A DNA stretch of 64,000 nt from the NCBI GenBank assembly GCA_042568575.1, contig JBHPIO010000005.1:17263-81262 (forward strand), written 5' to 3'. The stretch is from Patescibacteria group bacterium (GTDB taxonomy: Bacteria > Patescibacteriota > Gracilibacteria > UBA1369 > PNNO01). Under the pieces are notes generated by a model. The model saw nothing but the letters and a program-made list of their open reading frames with translations, did not search any database and was not told where the DNA came from. A program made the position numbers and the translations under genes. Of the stretch, positions 9,171 to 18,843 are shown in pieces. How positions within the stretch are numbered: position 1 is the first letter of the stretch; each line of letters starts with the position of its first letter.

Positions 9171-11088
9171 AGAAAAAATACAAACAGTTTCACTGAACGG
9201 ACACCAACAGGAGGTAGTTTCGCATGTTAATGGTCCACTTTTGATTGCCGCAGGTCCTGGAAGTGGAAAAACTAGGATGATTTCATGCCGTGCGGTACAT
9301 ATGATTGAAGAAAGGGATGTTGATCCATCGGAAATTCTTCTTATTACATTTACAAAGAGAGATGTACAGGAAATGAAGAAGCATGTAGAAGGTCCTTTTG
9401 TTAGTACTTTTCATTCACTTTGCCTACACATTTTAAGGCAGTATGCATTCAAGATCTCGATTTCGAAAAATTTTACTGTTTATGATCCTGCGGATCAGCT
9501 TCAAATAGTTCAAACAATTTTAAAAGATGCAAAACCGAAGTCGCTTCAGGATTTATTGAGTAGGATTTCACATTGTAAGAACAATTTAATTCTTCCTTCT
9601 GAGGCACCACTTGAGTTGCAGGAGCCATATAGGCAGTATCAGGCTTTACTTAGGGAAGAAAACGCTTTGGATTTTGACGACCTAATTGTAAAAACAGTTC
9701 ATCTTTTACGAAAACATCCGGAAGTTTTAAATGCACTTCCGTGGAAATATATTTCAGTTGATGAATATCAAGATACAAATCATGCGCAGTATGAATTAAT
9801 TAAACTTCTTGCAAAGCGCGATAAGAATATTTGTGTGATTGGTGATGCTGATCAAGCTATTTATGCATTTAACGGTGCAAATGTTCACAACTTTTTAAAT
9901 TTTGGAAATGATTTTCTTGATGTAAAAGTGATTAGGCTAGAGCAGAATTATCGCAGTACGCCAGAAATTATTCATGGTGCACAGGAAGTGATTAAACAAA
10001 ATGAAGATCGGATGCAGCAAACTACTTGGACTGCACAGGGAGAGGGGAATCCAATAACCATTTGTGAGGCCTGCGACGAACGTGCTGAAGTTGATTATAT
10101 AATTAGGACAATTGAACTTTATATGGGTGGCATGTCGCCTAATCAGACTAAACAAAAATATTCTGATTTTGCCATTTTGTACAGAACTCATTTACAAAGC
10201 AAAGTTATTGAGGAAGCTTTTTTGAAATCTGGAATTCCTTATCAAATTATTGGTGTAGTGCCTTTATATGATCGTGTGGAAGTGAAAGATTTAATCGCTT
10301 ACGTTCGTGTTATTAAAGATCCAAATGATAAAGCGTCGCTTCTTCGTATAATTAATAAACCTGTTCGTGGAATTGGAAAAGCTTGTGTTGAAGCGATTGC
10401 AAAGCATGCGAAAAATGAGGGCTTACCATTTTATCAGGCCTGCCAGGAAGTTGATGTCTTGCAATTAAAGGATGATCAAAAAAATGCCATAGCAAGATTT
10501 GTTACTTTAATAGAATCGCTTCGGTATGAAAGTACACATGTGGCACTTTCCGATTTGCTTCGAAGTATTGTCGCAAAAATTCAACTTTTTGAATTATATA
10601 AAGATAAAAAACGTCAGGATCATATCCATGAAATAATTGGATATGCAGGCGCTTTCGATGATTTACCTCAGCATGAAAGATTAAAAGAGTTTATTCGGGA
10701 AGTTACTTTTATGAGTGATAAAGATATGTACGATGATAGCAAAGATGTGGTTACACTCCTTACGTTGCATGCATCAAAAGGACTTGAGTTTCCGATTGTT
10801 TTTGTTCCAGGAGTTGAAGAAAATCTTATCCCATATAAATACGCTCAGAAGCAGGTAAATCTTCCAGAAGAAAGACGACTTTTTTATGTTGGAATGACAC
10901 GTGCAATGAAAGAACTTCATTTATTACATACAAAAGAGCGGGATTTTTTTGGAGAAGAGCTTATACCTCAAAAATCGAGGTTTATTGAAGATATTCCAAA
11001 CGAAATTATCAGAAATAAAGAGCATGTACTTAAAAAGCATGTTAAAAAAACTGATGAAGATGATAAATCTCAGTTAAATCTTTTTTAA
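9160..11088 (+). CDS. UvrD/PcrA/Rep family SF1 DNA helicase
   Basis: AGPGSGKT, VDEYQDTN, IGDADQAIY, LEQNYRS, TLHASKGLEF, EERRLFYVGMTRA. Confidence 0.92.
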   Translation: MKVEEKIQTVSLNGHQQEVVSHVNGPLLIAAGPGSGKTRMISCRAVHMIEERDVDPSEILLITFTKRDVQEMKKHVEGPFVSTFHSLCLHILRQYAFKISISKNFTVYDPADQLQIVQTILKDAKPKSLQDLLSRISHCKNNLILPSEAPLELQEPYRQYQALLREENALDFDDLIVKTVHLLRKHPEVLNALPWKYISVDEYQDTNHAQYELIKLLAKRDKNICVIGDADQAIYAFNGANVHNFLNFGNDFLDVKVIRLEQNYRSTPEIIHGAQEVIKQNEDRMQQTTWTAQGEGNPITICEACDERAEVDYIIRTIELYMGGMSPNQTKQKYSDFAILYRTHLQSKVIEEAFLKSGIPYQIIGVVPLYDRVEVKDLIAYVRVIKDPNDKASLLRIINKPVRGIGKACVEAIAKHAKNEGLPFYQACQEVDVLQLKDDQKNAIARFVTLIESLRYESTHVALSDLLRSIVAKIQLFELYKDKKRQDHIHEIIGYAGAFDDLPQHERLKEFIREVTFMSDKDMYDDSKDVVTLLTLHASKGLEFPIVFVPGVEENLIPYKYAQKQVNLPEERRLFYVGMTRAMKELHLLHTKERDFFGEELIPQKSRFIEDIPNEIIRNKEHVLKKHVKKTDEDDKSQLNLF

Positions 11089-12099
11089 TCCTTCGAATCT
11101 AACTATTTCTAGGCTTTTTTGTTCGCCAAGAATTTCTTTTGCAAGTGGATCATTGTAATCACTGTCGTAAACAACTTTTGTAATTCCTGAATTAATGATC
11201 ATTTTTGTGCAGATTGTGCATGGATGTGTATTGCAATAAAGTGTACTTCCTTCGATGTTTATCCCAAATTTAGCAGCTTGAGTAATCGCATTCTGCTCTG
11301 CATGCGTTCCACGACAGATTTCATGACGTTGTCCTGAAGGAATTCCTAATTTTTCACGTAAACATCCACCAAGTTGTTTGCAATGTTTTAATCCTTTAGG
11401 GGCGCCGTTGTATCCGGCAGTTAATTGTTGACTGTCTTTTGCAATAACTGAACCAACTTTTCTTCGTAGGCAAGTTGAACGCTCAGCCCATTGATATGAA
11501 ATTCCCATAAATACTTCATCGAAGTTTGGTCTTTCTTCTCCCTTAATTAATCCAATAAAATGGCTGATTTTTTTCTCGAGATCTTTTTTTGAACCTTCAT
11601 TTAGTATTAAAAAGTTTGCATCATCAATTGTTTTAGCAACTTGTTGCCCGTCCGCAGGCTGACCTTTACCTTTTTCAATATCAAGCTTTGCAAGAACATC
11701 TTTTTTTGCAAGGGTGTCACCTTTTCTTTTGCGAGATAAAATCCTTTTCACAATAGTTTCAGGATTTGAAGTAATTCCAGCTAAATAAAAGCCTTCAAGC
11801 TTTCTAAGTTCTGCTGTCTCAAGCGGATTTCTGATTCCATCAATTACCCAGTTTTTTTTCGGATCTTTTTGAATTTTCTCTACAACTTTCTTTGAAAAAT
11901 ATGGCCCCCCATGTTTTTTTCGGAGTTCGTTTCCAATCTTTTGTAAATTCTCGCGTGTATGTTCAAGTTTTCTGGAAGTTGCTTCTTCACGAACGACATC
12001 TGAGAGGGAACAATACTTAAACCCTTTCTTTTTTAAGATATCCGCAAGCACTCCTTTTCCGGTTGCCATAAAACCAGTCAGTCCGATATGCATAGTCAT
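11074..12099 (-). CDS. P-loop nucleotide-kinase-like domain fused to dCMP deaminase
   Basis: IGLTGFMATGKG P-loop; RSTCLRRKVG, GYNG, HAEQNAI, PCTIC. Confidence 0.85.
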   Translation of the reverse strand: MTMHIGLTGFMATGKGVLADILKKKGFKYCSLSDVVREEATSRKLEHTRENLQKIGNELRKKHGGPYFSKKVVEKIQKDPKKNWVIDGIRNPLETAELRKLEGFYLAGITSNPETIVKRILSRKRKGDTLAKKDVLAKLDIEKGKGQPADGQQVAKTIDDANFLILNEGSKKDLEKKISHFIGLIKGEERPNFDEVFMGISYQWAERSTCLRRKVGSVIAKDSQQLTAGYNGAPKGLKHCKQLGGCLREKLGIPSGQRHEICRGTHAEQNAITQAAKFGINIEGSTLYCNTHPCTICTKMIINSGITKVVYDSDYNDPLAKEILGEQKSLEIVRFEGLKKI

Positions 12100-12134
12100 A
12101 CAAGTTAGAAAAGCAGACTTAGTTTAGTACGATA

Positions 12135-13298
12135 TTAAGCTTTCTGCAATGTTCGTTTTTGCAAGTAATAAAGAAGCAGGAACGAGCAGAGAGTCGTAAT
12201 TCCTGTTACAAAAAGCGGGACGTGATAGCCGAAGTGTTCCCCAATAGGTCCAAAAATAAACGCGGAAACCGAAGTTCCTAAAATTGAAGTAAAAGTTATG
12301 AAGCTAGCATTTCCTCCAATGCGCTCGATCTTGAAAATTCGAACGATTCCATAGAAAATACTAAAAATCATCGCGCCGTCACCCCATTCATGAAAACTTC
12401 TAGCGATGAATGCTAATATTACATCTTGTTGAAGTGCAAAAATTATGTGTCCAATTCCGGAAACAATAAGTCCAATATAAAAAACATATTTTGGATCAAA
12501 ACCTTTTGCGATTTTTCTACTATAATAAAGTACACTTAATGCTAAAAAGATAATTGCTCCTCCGACGAATATCCCAATTTGTCCTATATCTAGGGCAAAA
12601 TTTGTTTTTAAGAAAAGCGAGTATGAAGTTGCTTCTGCTCCATAATGTAGGCTGAAAAGAAACACAACTACAATAAACATTAATACTTCTTTTCGAAAAA
12701 TATCTTTCTTATATTCAAAAAGTTTAAATTTAAAAGTATGAGTAATTGGGAGAAATAATGCTGCGAATCCGGTAATAATAAGCATTATAATAATTACTTT
12801 CAAAGTGTTTTCAAATCCGTATGAATTAATTACATTCCCACCAATCATAAAGCCGACAATTTCTGCAAAAACAGCATAACCAACATATTTTCCAAGTTGG
12901 GTTGGCATTTTTTTCCTATTTAAAGTTCGATATGCAAGAGAATCAATTGATACGTTAAATAAGTTTCTTCCAAGTCCTCCGCAAATGAAAGCAAAAGCCA
13001 GAATTATCGCATTAGTTGTCGTAAGAAGTCCAACATAATAGAGGGCACTAAAAATTAATGCGTACAAAATCATCTTTTTTGACCTTAAGCGATCGTTTGC
13101 AATACCTGCAGGTAGAGCAGTGATAATTGCCATAAAATTGGCGATACCTATAAAAAGTCCAATATGATATCCACTAAAACCCTGTTTCACTAAGAAAATC
13201 GGAACAAACACCCAAAACAGACTGTATATGAAACCATATATCGCTTTTACGCTTGTTGGAAGGATGAGTGGATTTTTCTTCGTAACTTTCTTAAACAT
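12135..13298 (-). CDS. MFS transporter
   Basis: About 12 TM helices; GIANDRLRSKK resembles MFS motif A. Confidence 0.8.
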   Translation of the reverse strand: MFKKVTKKNPLILPTSVKAIYGFIYSLFWVFVPIFLVKQGFSGYHIGLFIGIANFMAIITALPAGIANDRLRSKKMILYALIFSALYYVGLLTTTNAIILAFAFICGGLGRNLFNVSIDSLAYRTLNRKKMPTQLGKYVGYAVFAEIVGFMIGGNVINSYGFENTLKVIIIMLIITGFAALFLPITHTFKFKLFEYKKDIFRKEVLMFIVVVFLFSLHYGAEATSYSLFLKTNFALDIGQIGIFVGGAIIFLALSVLYYSRKIAKGFDPKYVFYIGLIVSGIGHIIFALQQDVILAFIARSFHEWGDGAMIFSIFYGIVRIFKIERIGGNASFITFTSILGTSVSAFIFGPIGEHFGYHVPLFVTGITTLCSFLLLYYLQKRTLQKA

Positions 13299-13391
13299 AA
13301 TGAGTTTTACTTATTTGAGCGCATTTATCACTTTACACTTTCCTCAAAACGCATACAATAAGAACGCGCGAAAATATCTAAATATCACAAT

Positions 13392-14567
13392 ATGAACAAC
13401 ATGAAAAAATTTCTTGCAGCTTTAGTACTTTTTGGAACATTTTTTGGAATGTCATCAGTTGCATTTGCTGGAGACCCGAATTTTCAATTGGAACCAGTTT
13501 TATTTGAACCGATTCAGCCGATTGAATCGATTATTCCAATAGAACCTATAGAACCACTTGTTCCGATAGATCCCGATGATCCTTATACTGACGATCCTGC
13601 TCTTGAGGTATTTTTGAATGGAGAACACTTGGAAGATGGAAGAGTTGCGTTGAACTGGGAACGATATGATGGACCTGATTTCCTTCACTATAAAGTTGTT
13701 CATGATCAGTTTGATTCGGAACCTTACTATCCTGAACATGGATTTGTAGATTATTTTGAAAATCAGAATAAAACTGGGATGGTTAGTCCAGAAGCGCTTC
13801 CTGTAGGGGATAACTATATTAGGATTTGTGTGATTACTACTGATGATAGAAGAGGTTGTGGAAATACTTTGTATTTTTATCAAGAAGAAATGGCGTTTGA
13901 AGAAGAACCATTTGAACCGGAACGTGATTTTGAACCTGAAGAAGATAGGCCAACACGAGAAGAATTATTGGAAGAAGAATTGCGTGCGGAAAGAGAAGCA
14001 CGTGCTGAGATTGAAAAAGCTAATAATAAAAATGAGTCACCTGGTCTTTTAAAGAAATTATTCAAATTGATTACTGATAATGCGGGATTAGTTATAACAC
14101 TTCTTGCTCTTGTTGTTGCAGCTTCAGGATTTACTTTTGCAGCAAAAAGAAAGCAACGTTCAATATCAAAATATATTAATCAAATTGACGATACTTATTC
14201 AGAATACAAGATGAAGGCAAAGCGTTGTGAAGCTGAATTATATCGTTTGCGAGATATTGTTGATGATGAACTAAAAAATGGAAAATTAGATGATAGTGCT
14301 TATGGACTTTTGATGCAGAGAATTGAAAATTACATGGTGGATATTCAGAAGCAGATTGTTAATGAAAAGTTTGGAGGACTTCCAGCGAGCATGAAAGATG
14401 AGATGTTTAAAATGATGGAAGACGGAGAAATTACGGAAAAAGAGTTTGAAGCTATGCAGACATTGATTAAGCGTTCTGAGCTATCAAGTAGCGATCAAGA
14501 CAGTCTTCTTCAGACAATTAAAGAATTCAAGCATCAGGATGAAATGCTTAAAAAGAAGAAGAAATAA
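13392..14567 (+). CDS. Hypothetical single-pass membrane protein
   Basis: Signal peptide, PIEPI repeats, beta-rich extracellular domain, TM helix, helical cytoplasmic tail. Confidence 0.7.
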   Translation: MNNMKKFLAALVLFGTFFGMSSVAFAGDPNFQLEPVLFEPIQPIESIIPIEPIEPLVPIDPDDPYTDDPALEVFLNGEHLEDGRVALNWERYDGPDFLHYKVVHDQFDSEPYYPEHGFVDYFENQNKTGMVSPEALPVGDNYIRICVITTDDRRGCGNTLYFYQEEMAFEEEPFEPERDFEPEEDRPTREELLEEELRAEREARAEIEKANNKNESPGLLKKLFKLITDNAGLVITLLALVVAASGFTFAAKRKQRSISKYINQIDDTYSEYKMKAKRCEAELYRLRDIVDDELKNGKLDDSAYGLLMQRIENYMVDIQKQIVNEKFGGLPASMKDEMFKMMEDGEITEKEFEAMQTLIKRSELSSSDQDSLLQTIKEFKHQDEMLKKKKK

Positions 14568-15059
14568 TTAGTTTATAAACAGAGTTATTCCTGTTAGTAC
14601 TGCCGCGAAACATACCCAGGCAAGGTATGGAATGAGCAAGTATGAGGCGACTTTGGATATTTTGTGCGTGCACCAAATTAGAAGAATAATTGATGCGATA
14701 AGAATTGGAAGTTCCAAGAATGCTAGTAAAATATTTTTCATTCCGAAGTATAGGAGCGAGTAAAGCATATTGAGTGCTGCATTTACTACAAAAAGTCCAA
14801 TAGCAAGATTGCATCTCTTTTTCTTTTTGCGCTGTTGGTTTAATACAATAATTGCAGATGCAGCTATCATTATAAAAAGAATTGACCATATTGGGTAAAA
14901 CACCCAGCCTGGTGGTTGGCATATTGGTTTATTTAGATTACGTGCCCATTGAATGTTTTGTTCGCTGACAAGTGCAGAAAATAGCCAAACCATCACTGCA
15001 ATTAGAATGACAATTACAGCGTAAAAGGTATTTTTTAATGTGATGTGCGCTTTGTTCAT
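14568..15059 (-). CDS. tspO: TspO/MBR family sensory protein
   Basis: LNKPICQPPGWVFYPIWSILF and LLIPYLAWVCFA. Confidence 0.9.
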   Translation of the reverse strand: MNKAHITLKNTFYAVIVILIAVMVWLFSALVSEQNIQWARNLNKPICQPPGWVFYPIWSILFIMIAASAIIVLNQQRKKKKRCNLAIGLFVVNAALNMLYSLLYFGMKNILLAFLELPILIASIILLIWCTHKISKVASYLLIPYLAWVCFAAVLTGITLFIN

Positions 15060-15062
15060 AAG

Positions 15063-15521
15063 TTAGCAGGTCATATGCTCCCCACTACATGTGTTATATC
15101 CGTGTGCGCTCCATTGCTTGATTCCTCCAGCCATACTCTTAACATTTGAGTAGCCGAGTTTTGTTAATATATTAAATGCTTCCATACTTCTTCTGCCAGA
15201 TCTGCAATAAACAATTATTTCGTCGTCTTTATCAAATTGTGTATTGGCAGCCAAATCGTCTTCGAGAGTTTGCAAAGGCATTAAAATTGCATCACTAAGG
15301 TGATACTCTTCATACTCTTCTGGAGTTCGGACGTCCAAAAGTACAACAATCTCTTTGTTTTCCACTCTTTCGTATGTTTGAATTGCTGAAATTTCTTCAT
15401 CGATCACGTTGGCGGTTGTTAAGTCTTCTGTTTGAGCAGTTTCTGCATTTTGACACCCCGAAAAATTTATAAAAATTAAACTGCAAATTACGAGTGTAAG
15501 GATTATTTTCGGTAAACGCAT
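15063..15521 (-). CDS. Rhodanese-like lipoprotein
   Basis: FSGC lipobox-like; LLDVRTPEEY, VYCRSGRRS, MAGGIKQW. Confidence 0.88.
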   Translation of the reverse strand: MRLPKIILTLVICSLIFINFSGCQNAETAQTEDLTTANVIDEEISAIQTYERVENKEIVVLLDVRTPEEYEEYHLSDAILMPLQTLEDDLAANTQFDKDDEIIVYCRSGRRSMEAFNILTKLGYSNVKSMAGGIKQWSAHGYNTCSGEHMTC

Positions 15522-15600
15522 GTCATTATTGTTAATGCCATCTATTACCTTATAATTTTTTGCCTTTTATGGCAAGGAGGTTTTGTTTTTGAGAGGGGAT

Positions 15601-16243
15601 TGCAACCGGATGAGGGTCGCATGAAGGGGTGGAACTACGTTGGTTCTGGCTAGAGTACGTAAATTGTCCAGCCTTTCCAACTGGCTTGGTATGGAAGTTC
15701 ATTCTGGACGTGCTTGTACCAGTCGATGGCTAGCTTTGCTACTACAATGAATTTTCGCTGGAGCTTATCTAGCCTGCCATGTACTCTGAGGAGTCTCTTG
15801 TTGAACTTTATTGCACTTTCCATTGCTGCTTTACTCGCATGGAATTCTCTATATTTGTTTTGCACGAGCAAAGCAAATACTTCTTTCCCGACTTTTTTCC
15901 GATTCGCTCCTCTTTTAATTGCAGCTCGGCCATCTTTCAATATGGCCAACTCTCGTTCCAAACTATCAAGCTTGATATTCAGCATGTCGAGATTGGCATG
16001 CTCCATCGGTTTGGGATTGAACTCCTTGATGGCTTTCAGCTTCGACTGGAGCTTGCCCATACGAGCGCTGTAGCCCGTGGCTTCCTCTTCAAGCGAAGAG
16101 AAGTTATCCAAGCCTTTGCGCATGAGCTTATACCTCTGCTCATCGACTTTCTTGGACTTGCACCCTGCACCGAGAAGAATCGCCATGAACGAAACAACAA
16201 AAATTCTCCAGATCATTGGTCCCTCCGTTTTCATCCGGTCGCA
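15601..16243. repeat. 13-bp imperfect inverted repeat pair (15601-15613 and 16231-16243) bracketing the lipoprotein gene
   Basis: TGCAACCGGATGA vs TCATCCGGTCGCA; 12/13 complementary, and the mismatch is a G-U pair in the minus-strand RNA. Confidence 0.65.
15650..16216 (-). CDS. Orphan basic coiled-coil lipoprotein with elevated GC (start revised from 16513 to 16216)
   Basis: GGAGG just upstream of ATG 16216; MIWRIFVVSFMAILLGAG-C lipobox; the longer track ORF overlaps ssb in another frame. Confidence 0.7.
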   Translation of the reverse strand: MIWRIFVVSFMAILLGAGCKSKKVDEQRYKLMRKGLDNFSSLEEEATGYSARMGKLQSKLKAIKEFNPKPMEHANLDMLNIKLDSLERELAILKDGRAAIKRGANRKKVGKEVFALLVQNKYREFHASKAAMESAIKFNKRLLRVHGRLDKLQRKFIVVAKLAIDWYKHVQNELPYQASWKGWTIYVL

Positions 16244-16301
16244 TTTCAATGAACTCCACAACGGAGTCCACAAAATAGACCCGTTATGGTTGTTTAATTG
16301 A

Positions 16302-16330
16302 ATTAAAGCGCATATTTGTGAATATGTCAA
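16302..16330 (-). promoter_or_regulatory. sigma70 promoter TTGACA-17-TTTAAT for the lipoprotein transcript
   Basis: Minus strand reads TTGACA tattcacaaatatgcgc TTTAAT. Confidence 0.65.
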
Positions 16331-16343
16331 CCAGGATGTAGAT

Positions 16344-16850
16344 TTAGAACGGAAGATCATCGATACTAACATCTTCTTCTTTAGCTGGCGCAGCTTGTGC
16401 AACAGCAGGTGTTGCTTCTGTTTCAGCTGTAGGAGCAGGTGCTTGATCAATTCCAGCGTGAGGGGCTTGTGCAGCAGCAGCAGCCATTGGTGCAGCCATT
16501 GCAGCAGGAGCATCGCCTTTTCTATCTAACATTATCATGTTGTCAGCAACGATTTCAGTTCGATAACGTTTACTTCCATCTTCAGCTTCCCAGCTTCGTG
16601 TTTGAAGTTTTCCTTCAATAAAAACTTTACTTCCTTTTTTTAGATATTGTCCGCAAATTTCTGCAAGTTTTCTCCATGCAACAATATTGTGGAATTCAAC
16701 TTTCTCTTGTTTCTGACCACTTTGATCAGTCCATGTTAAGTTTGTTGCGATACCAAAACTGGTAACAACTTGTCCTCCTGGAATTTGTTTCATTTCCGGG
16801 TCGCGCGTAACGTTTCCGATGATTTGCGCTCTGTTTAGTGACATTGCCAT
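16344..16850 (-). CDS. ssb: Single-stranded DNA-binding protein
   Basis: SLNRAQIIGNVTRDPE, IEGKLQTRSW, acidic tail IDDLPF. Confidence 0.97.
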   Translation of the reverse strand: MAMSLNRAQIIGNVTRDPEMKQIPGGQVVTSFGIATNLTWTDQSGQKQEKVEFHNIVAWRKLAEICGQYLKKGSKVFIEGKLQTRSWEAEDGSKRYRTEIVADNMIMLDRKGDAPAAMAAPMAAAAAQAPHAGIDQAPAPTAETEATPAVAQAAPAKEEDVSIDDLPF

Positions 16851-16868
16851 GTATATGGGATTAATTAT

Positions 16869-17360
16869 TTATAAATTGATATCTTTATTCATTGCGGTTA
16901 CACCTGTGCGTACCATTTCAATGATTCCGAATGGTTTAATTAGATCAAGAAAGGAGTTTATCTTATCACGTTCTCCCGATGCAAGCATCATAATTTGTTT
17001 TTTTTCTACGTGAACGATTTTTGCCTTAAATAAATCAGCGATTTGTTGTATGTCTCCGCGCTTTTTCATGTCCGCCTTAACTTTAACCATTACAACTTCC
17101 GCGGCAAGAATATTGTCGTGAGTTACATCACGCACTTTAATAACAGGAACAATCTTATAAAGTTGCTTCATAACCTGTTCAACATCTGTATCGCCTGTAT
17201 TCACAACAATAGTAATGCGGGTAATACCCTTTTTTTCGGTATAACCTGCGGAAATACTTTCAATATTGAATCGTCTCCTGCGGAATAGTGAGCTAATCCG
17301 GTTCAAAACACCCGGTTCGTTCTCTACAATCGCAACTAATATATGCTGATGATTTTTCAT
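16869..17360 (-). CDS. ilvN: Acetolactate synthase small (regulatory) subunit
   Basis: VENEPGVLNRISSLFRRRRFNIESI…EMVRTG. Confidence 0.92.
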   Translation of the reverse strand: MKNHQHILVAIVENEPGVLNRISSLFRRRRFNIESISAGYTEKKGITRITIVVNTGDTDVEQVMKQLYKIVPVIKVRDVTHDNILAAEVVMVKVKADMKKRGDIQQIADLFKAKIVHVEKKQIMMLASGERDKINSFLDLIKPFGIIEMVRTGVTAMNKDINL

Positions 17361-17423
17361 GCATTTAAATTAACTTTCGTACGAGAAGTTTACTATATGA
17401 ATAGCTTTAGTGGAATAGATTTT

Positions 17424-17597
17424 TTAGCAGCCTCCGGGATTGATTTCTCCAATAAATTCTATCGGTTCTCGCGTAAGGTACATATGGTGTAAATAACCAA
17501 AAAAGTATCCAAAAATGAGGGAAATGAGTATACTAAGACCCGCGATAGTGATTTTTATTAATTTTTCGCGCGTAATTTCAATCGGTTTTATATGCAT
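17424..17597 (-). CDS. Possible 57-aa single-TM protein or N-terminal gene remnant (not in ORF track)
   Basis: MHIKPIEITREKLIKITIAGLSILISLIFGYFFGYLHHMYLTREPIEFIGEINPGGC*; clear hydrophobic helix. Confidence 0.45.
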   Translation of the reverse strand: MHIKPIEITREKLIKITIAGLSILISLIFGYFFGYLHHMYLTREPIEFIGEINPGGC

Positions 17598-18779
17598 AAG
17601 TACGTATTTATATTAGGAAGGAAGTGGATGCTTGCAGCAGCTGAGATTAAGGCAGTGTTTGGGGATGCTTTCGTTACCGCATTCAATGAATTTGCGATTT
17701 GTGAGTTTGATAAGCCTTTAAAGGATCCTCAGATTGTTCTGGATAAACTTGGTGGAACTATAAAAATTGGTGAAATTGTTGATGAAGTTCCTGGTGTGAA
17801 GCATCTTGATTCTGCGATTATTGATTATTTGAGCAGTGTACGTGATGGAAAGATCCAATTTGCCATTTCTCTCTATAATATGACAGATGGATATAAAAAT
17901 ACTCTAAAAAAATTATTAAGAAATGTGAAAGACGGGTTGCGCGAAAGTGGTTCAGGAAAGGTGCGTTTTTACAACAAACCTGATCAAAACATAAAAAGTG
18001 TAGTTATTCATGAGGAAAATTTGGCACAAAAGGGGACTGATATTTCTGTTATGCGTGATAGTGGAAGGCATTACATTGCTCGCACGGTTGCGGTTCAAAA
18101 TTTCAAAAAATATTCGATTCGTGACTATGATCGCCCTGCAAAAGATGCAAAGAGTGGAATGTTACCGCCTAAACTTGCTCAAATAATGATTAATTTGGCG
18201 TGCAAGGGTAGGGATGATGCTGTGATTTACGATCCTTTTTGTGGAAGTGGAACGGTTTTGATGGAAGGAGCCTTAATGGGACATAAAGTTATTGGCAGTG
18301 ATATAAGTAATAAGGCGATTTTGGATAGTCAGAAGAATTTAAAGTGGCTTTCTGAGCAATTTAAAGTTGATTTGGGACTTGTGCGTAATATTTTTGTGAA
18401 GGATGCGACTAAGGTTGTTCTTGAAGATTTGCCTGAGCGGCCTGATTTTATTGTTGGCGAGACGTATTTGGGGCCTCCTTTGTTCAAATTGCCATCTCCA
18501 GATGAAATAAAGAAGAATTTTAGCGAAATTGAAGGGATTGTTCTTGGTTCGCTAAAGCAGTTCAAGAATATTGCTGCAAAAGGTGGGTCGATTGTTCTGG
18601 CAGTACCTTTTTATCGTTATAGAGGGGGAAAACATTTTTTGGATAATTTAGTTGAGAAAGCTGGTGAGCTTGGAATTGTTGTTGATAACCTACCAAATGG
18701 CAGCAAAAGAGGTTCACTTTTGTATGATAGGAAAGATCAAGTTGTTGGTAGAGAGATATTTCGTTTTAAAATAAGTTGA
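17592..18779 (+). CDS. Trm11/TrmG10-like SAM-dependent RNA methyltransferase
   Basis: GMLPPKLAQIMIN, IYDPFCGSGTVLME, GSDIS, DAT; THUMP-like N-terminus. Confidence 0.75.
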   Translation: MHKYVFILGRKWMLAAAEIKAVFGDAFVTAFNEFAICEFDKPLKDPQIVLDKLGGTIKIGEIVDEVPGVKHLDSAIIDYLSSVRDGKIQFAISLYNMTDGYKNTLKKLLRNVKDGLRESGSGKVRFYNKPDQNIKSVVIHEENLAQKGTDISVMRDSGRHYIARTVAVQNFKKYSIRDYDRPAKDAKSGMLPPKLAQIMINLACKGRDDAVIYDPFCGSGTVLMEGALMGHKVIGSDISNKAILDSQKNLKWLSEQFKVDLGLVRNIFVKDATKVVLEDLPERPDFIVGETYLGPPLFKLPSPDEIKKNFSEIEGIVLGSLKQFKNIAAKGGSIVLAVPFYRYRGGKHFLDNLVEKAGELGIVVDNLPNGSKRGSLLYDRKDQVVGREIFRFKIS

Positions 18780-18843
18780 AAAGATTAATCGTTTCGTTTA
18801 TATTGTTGTAGCTTTGAAAAATTCAGTTCTTTTAAATTATCGT

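Noticed and set aside
16217-16513. N-terminal extension of the 287-aa ORF 15650-16513
   Set aside because: It is an alternative frame over the ssb tail and promoter; the RBS and signal peptide point to ATG 16216.
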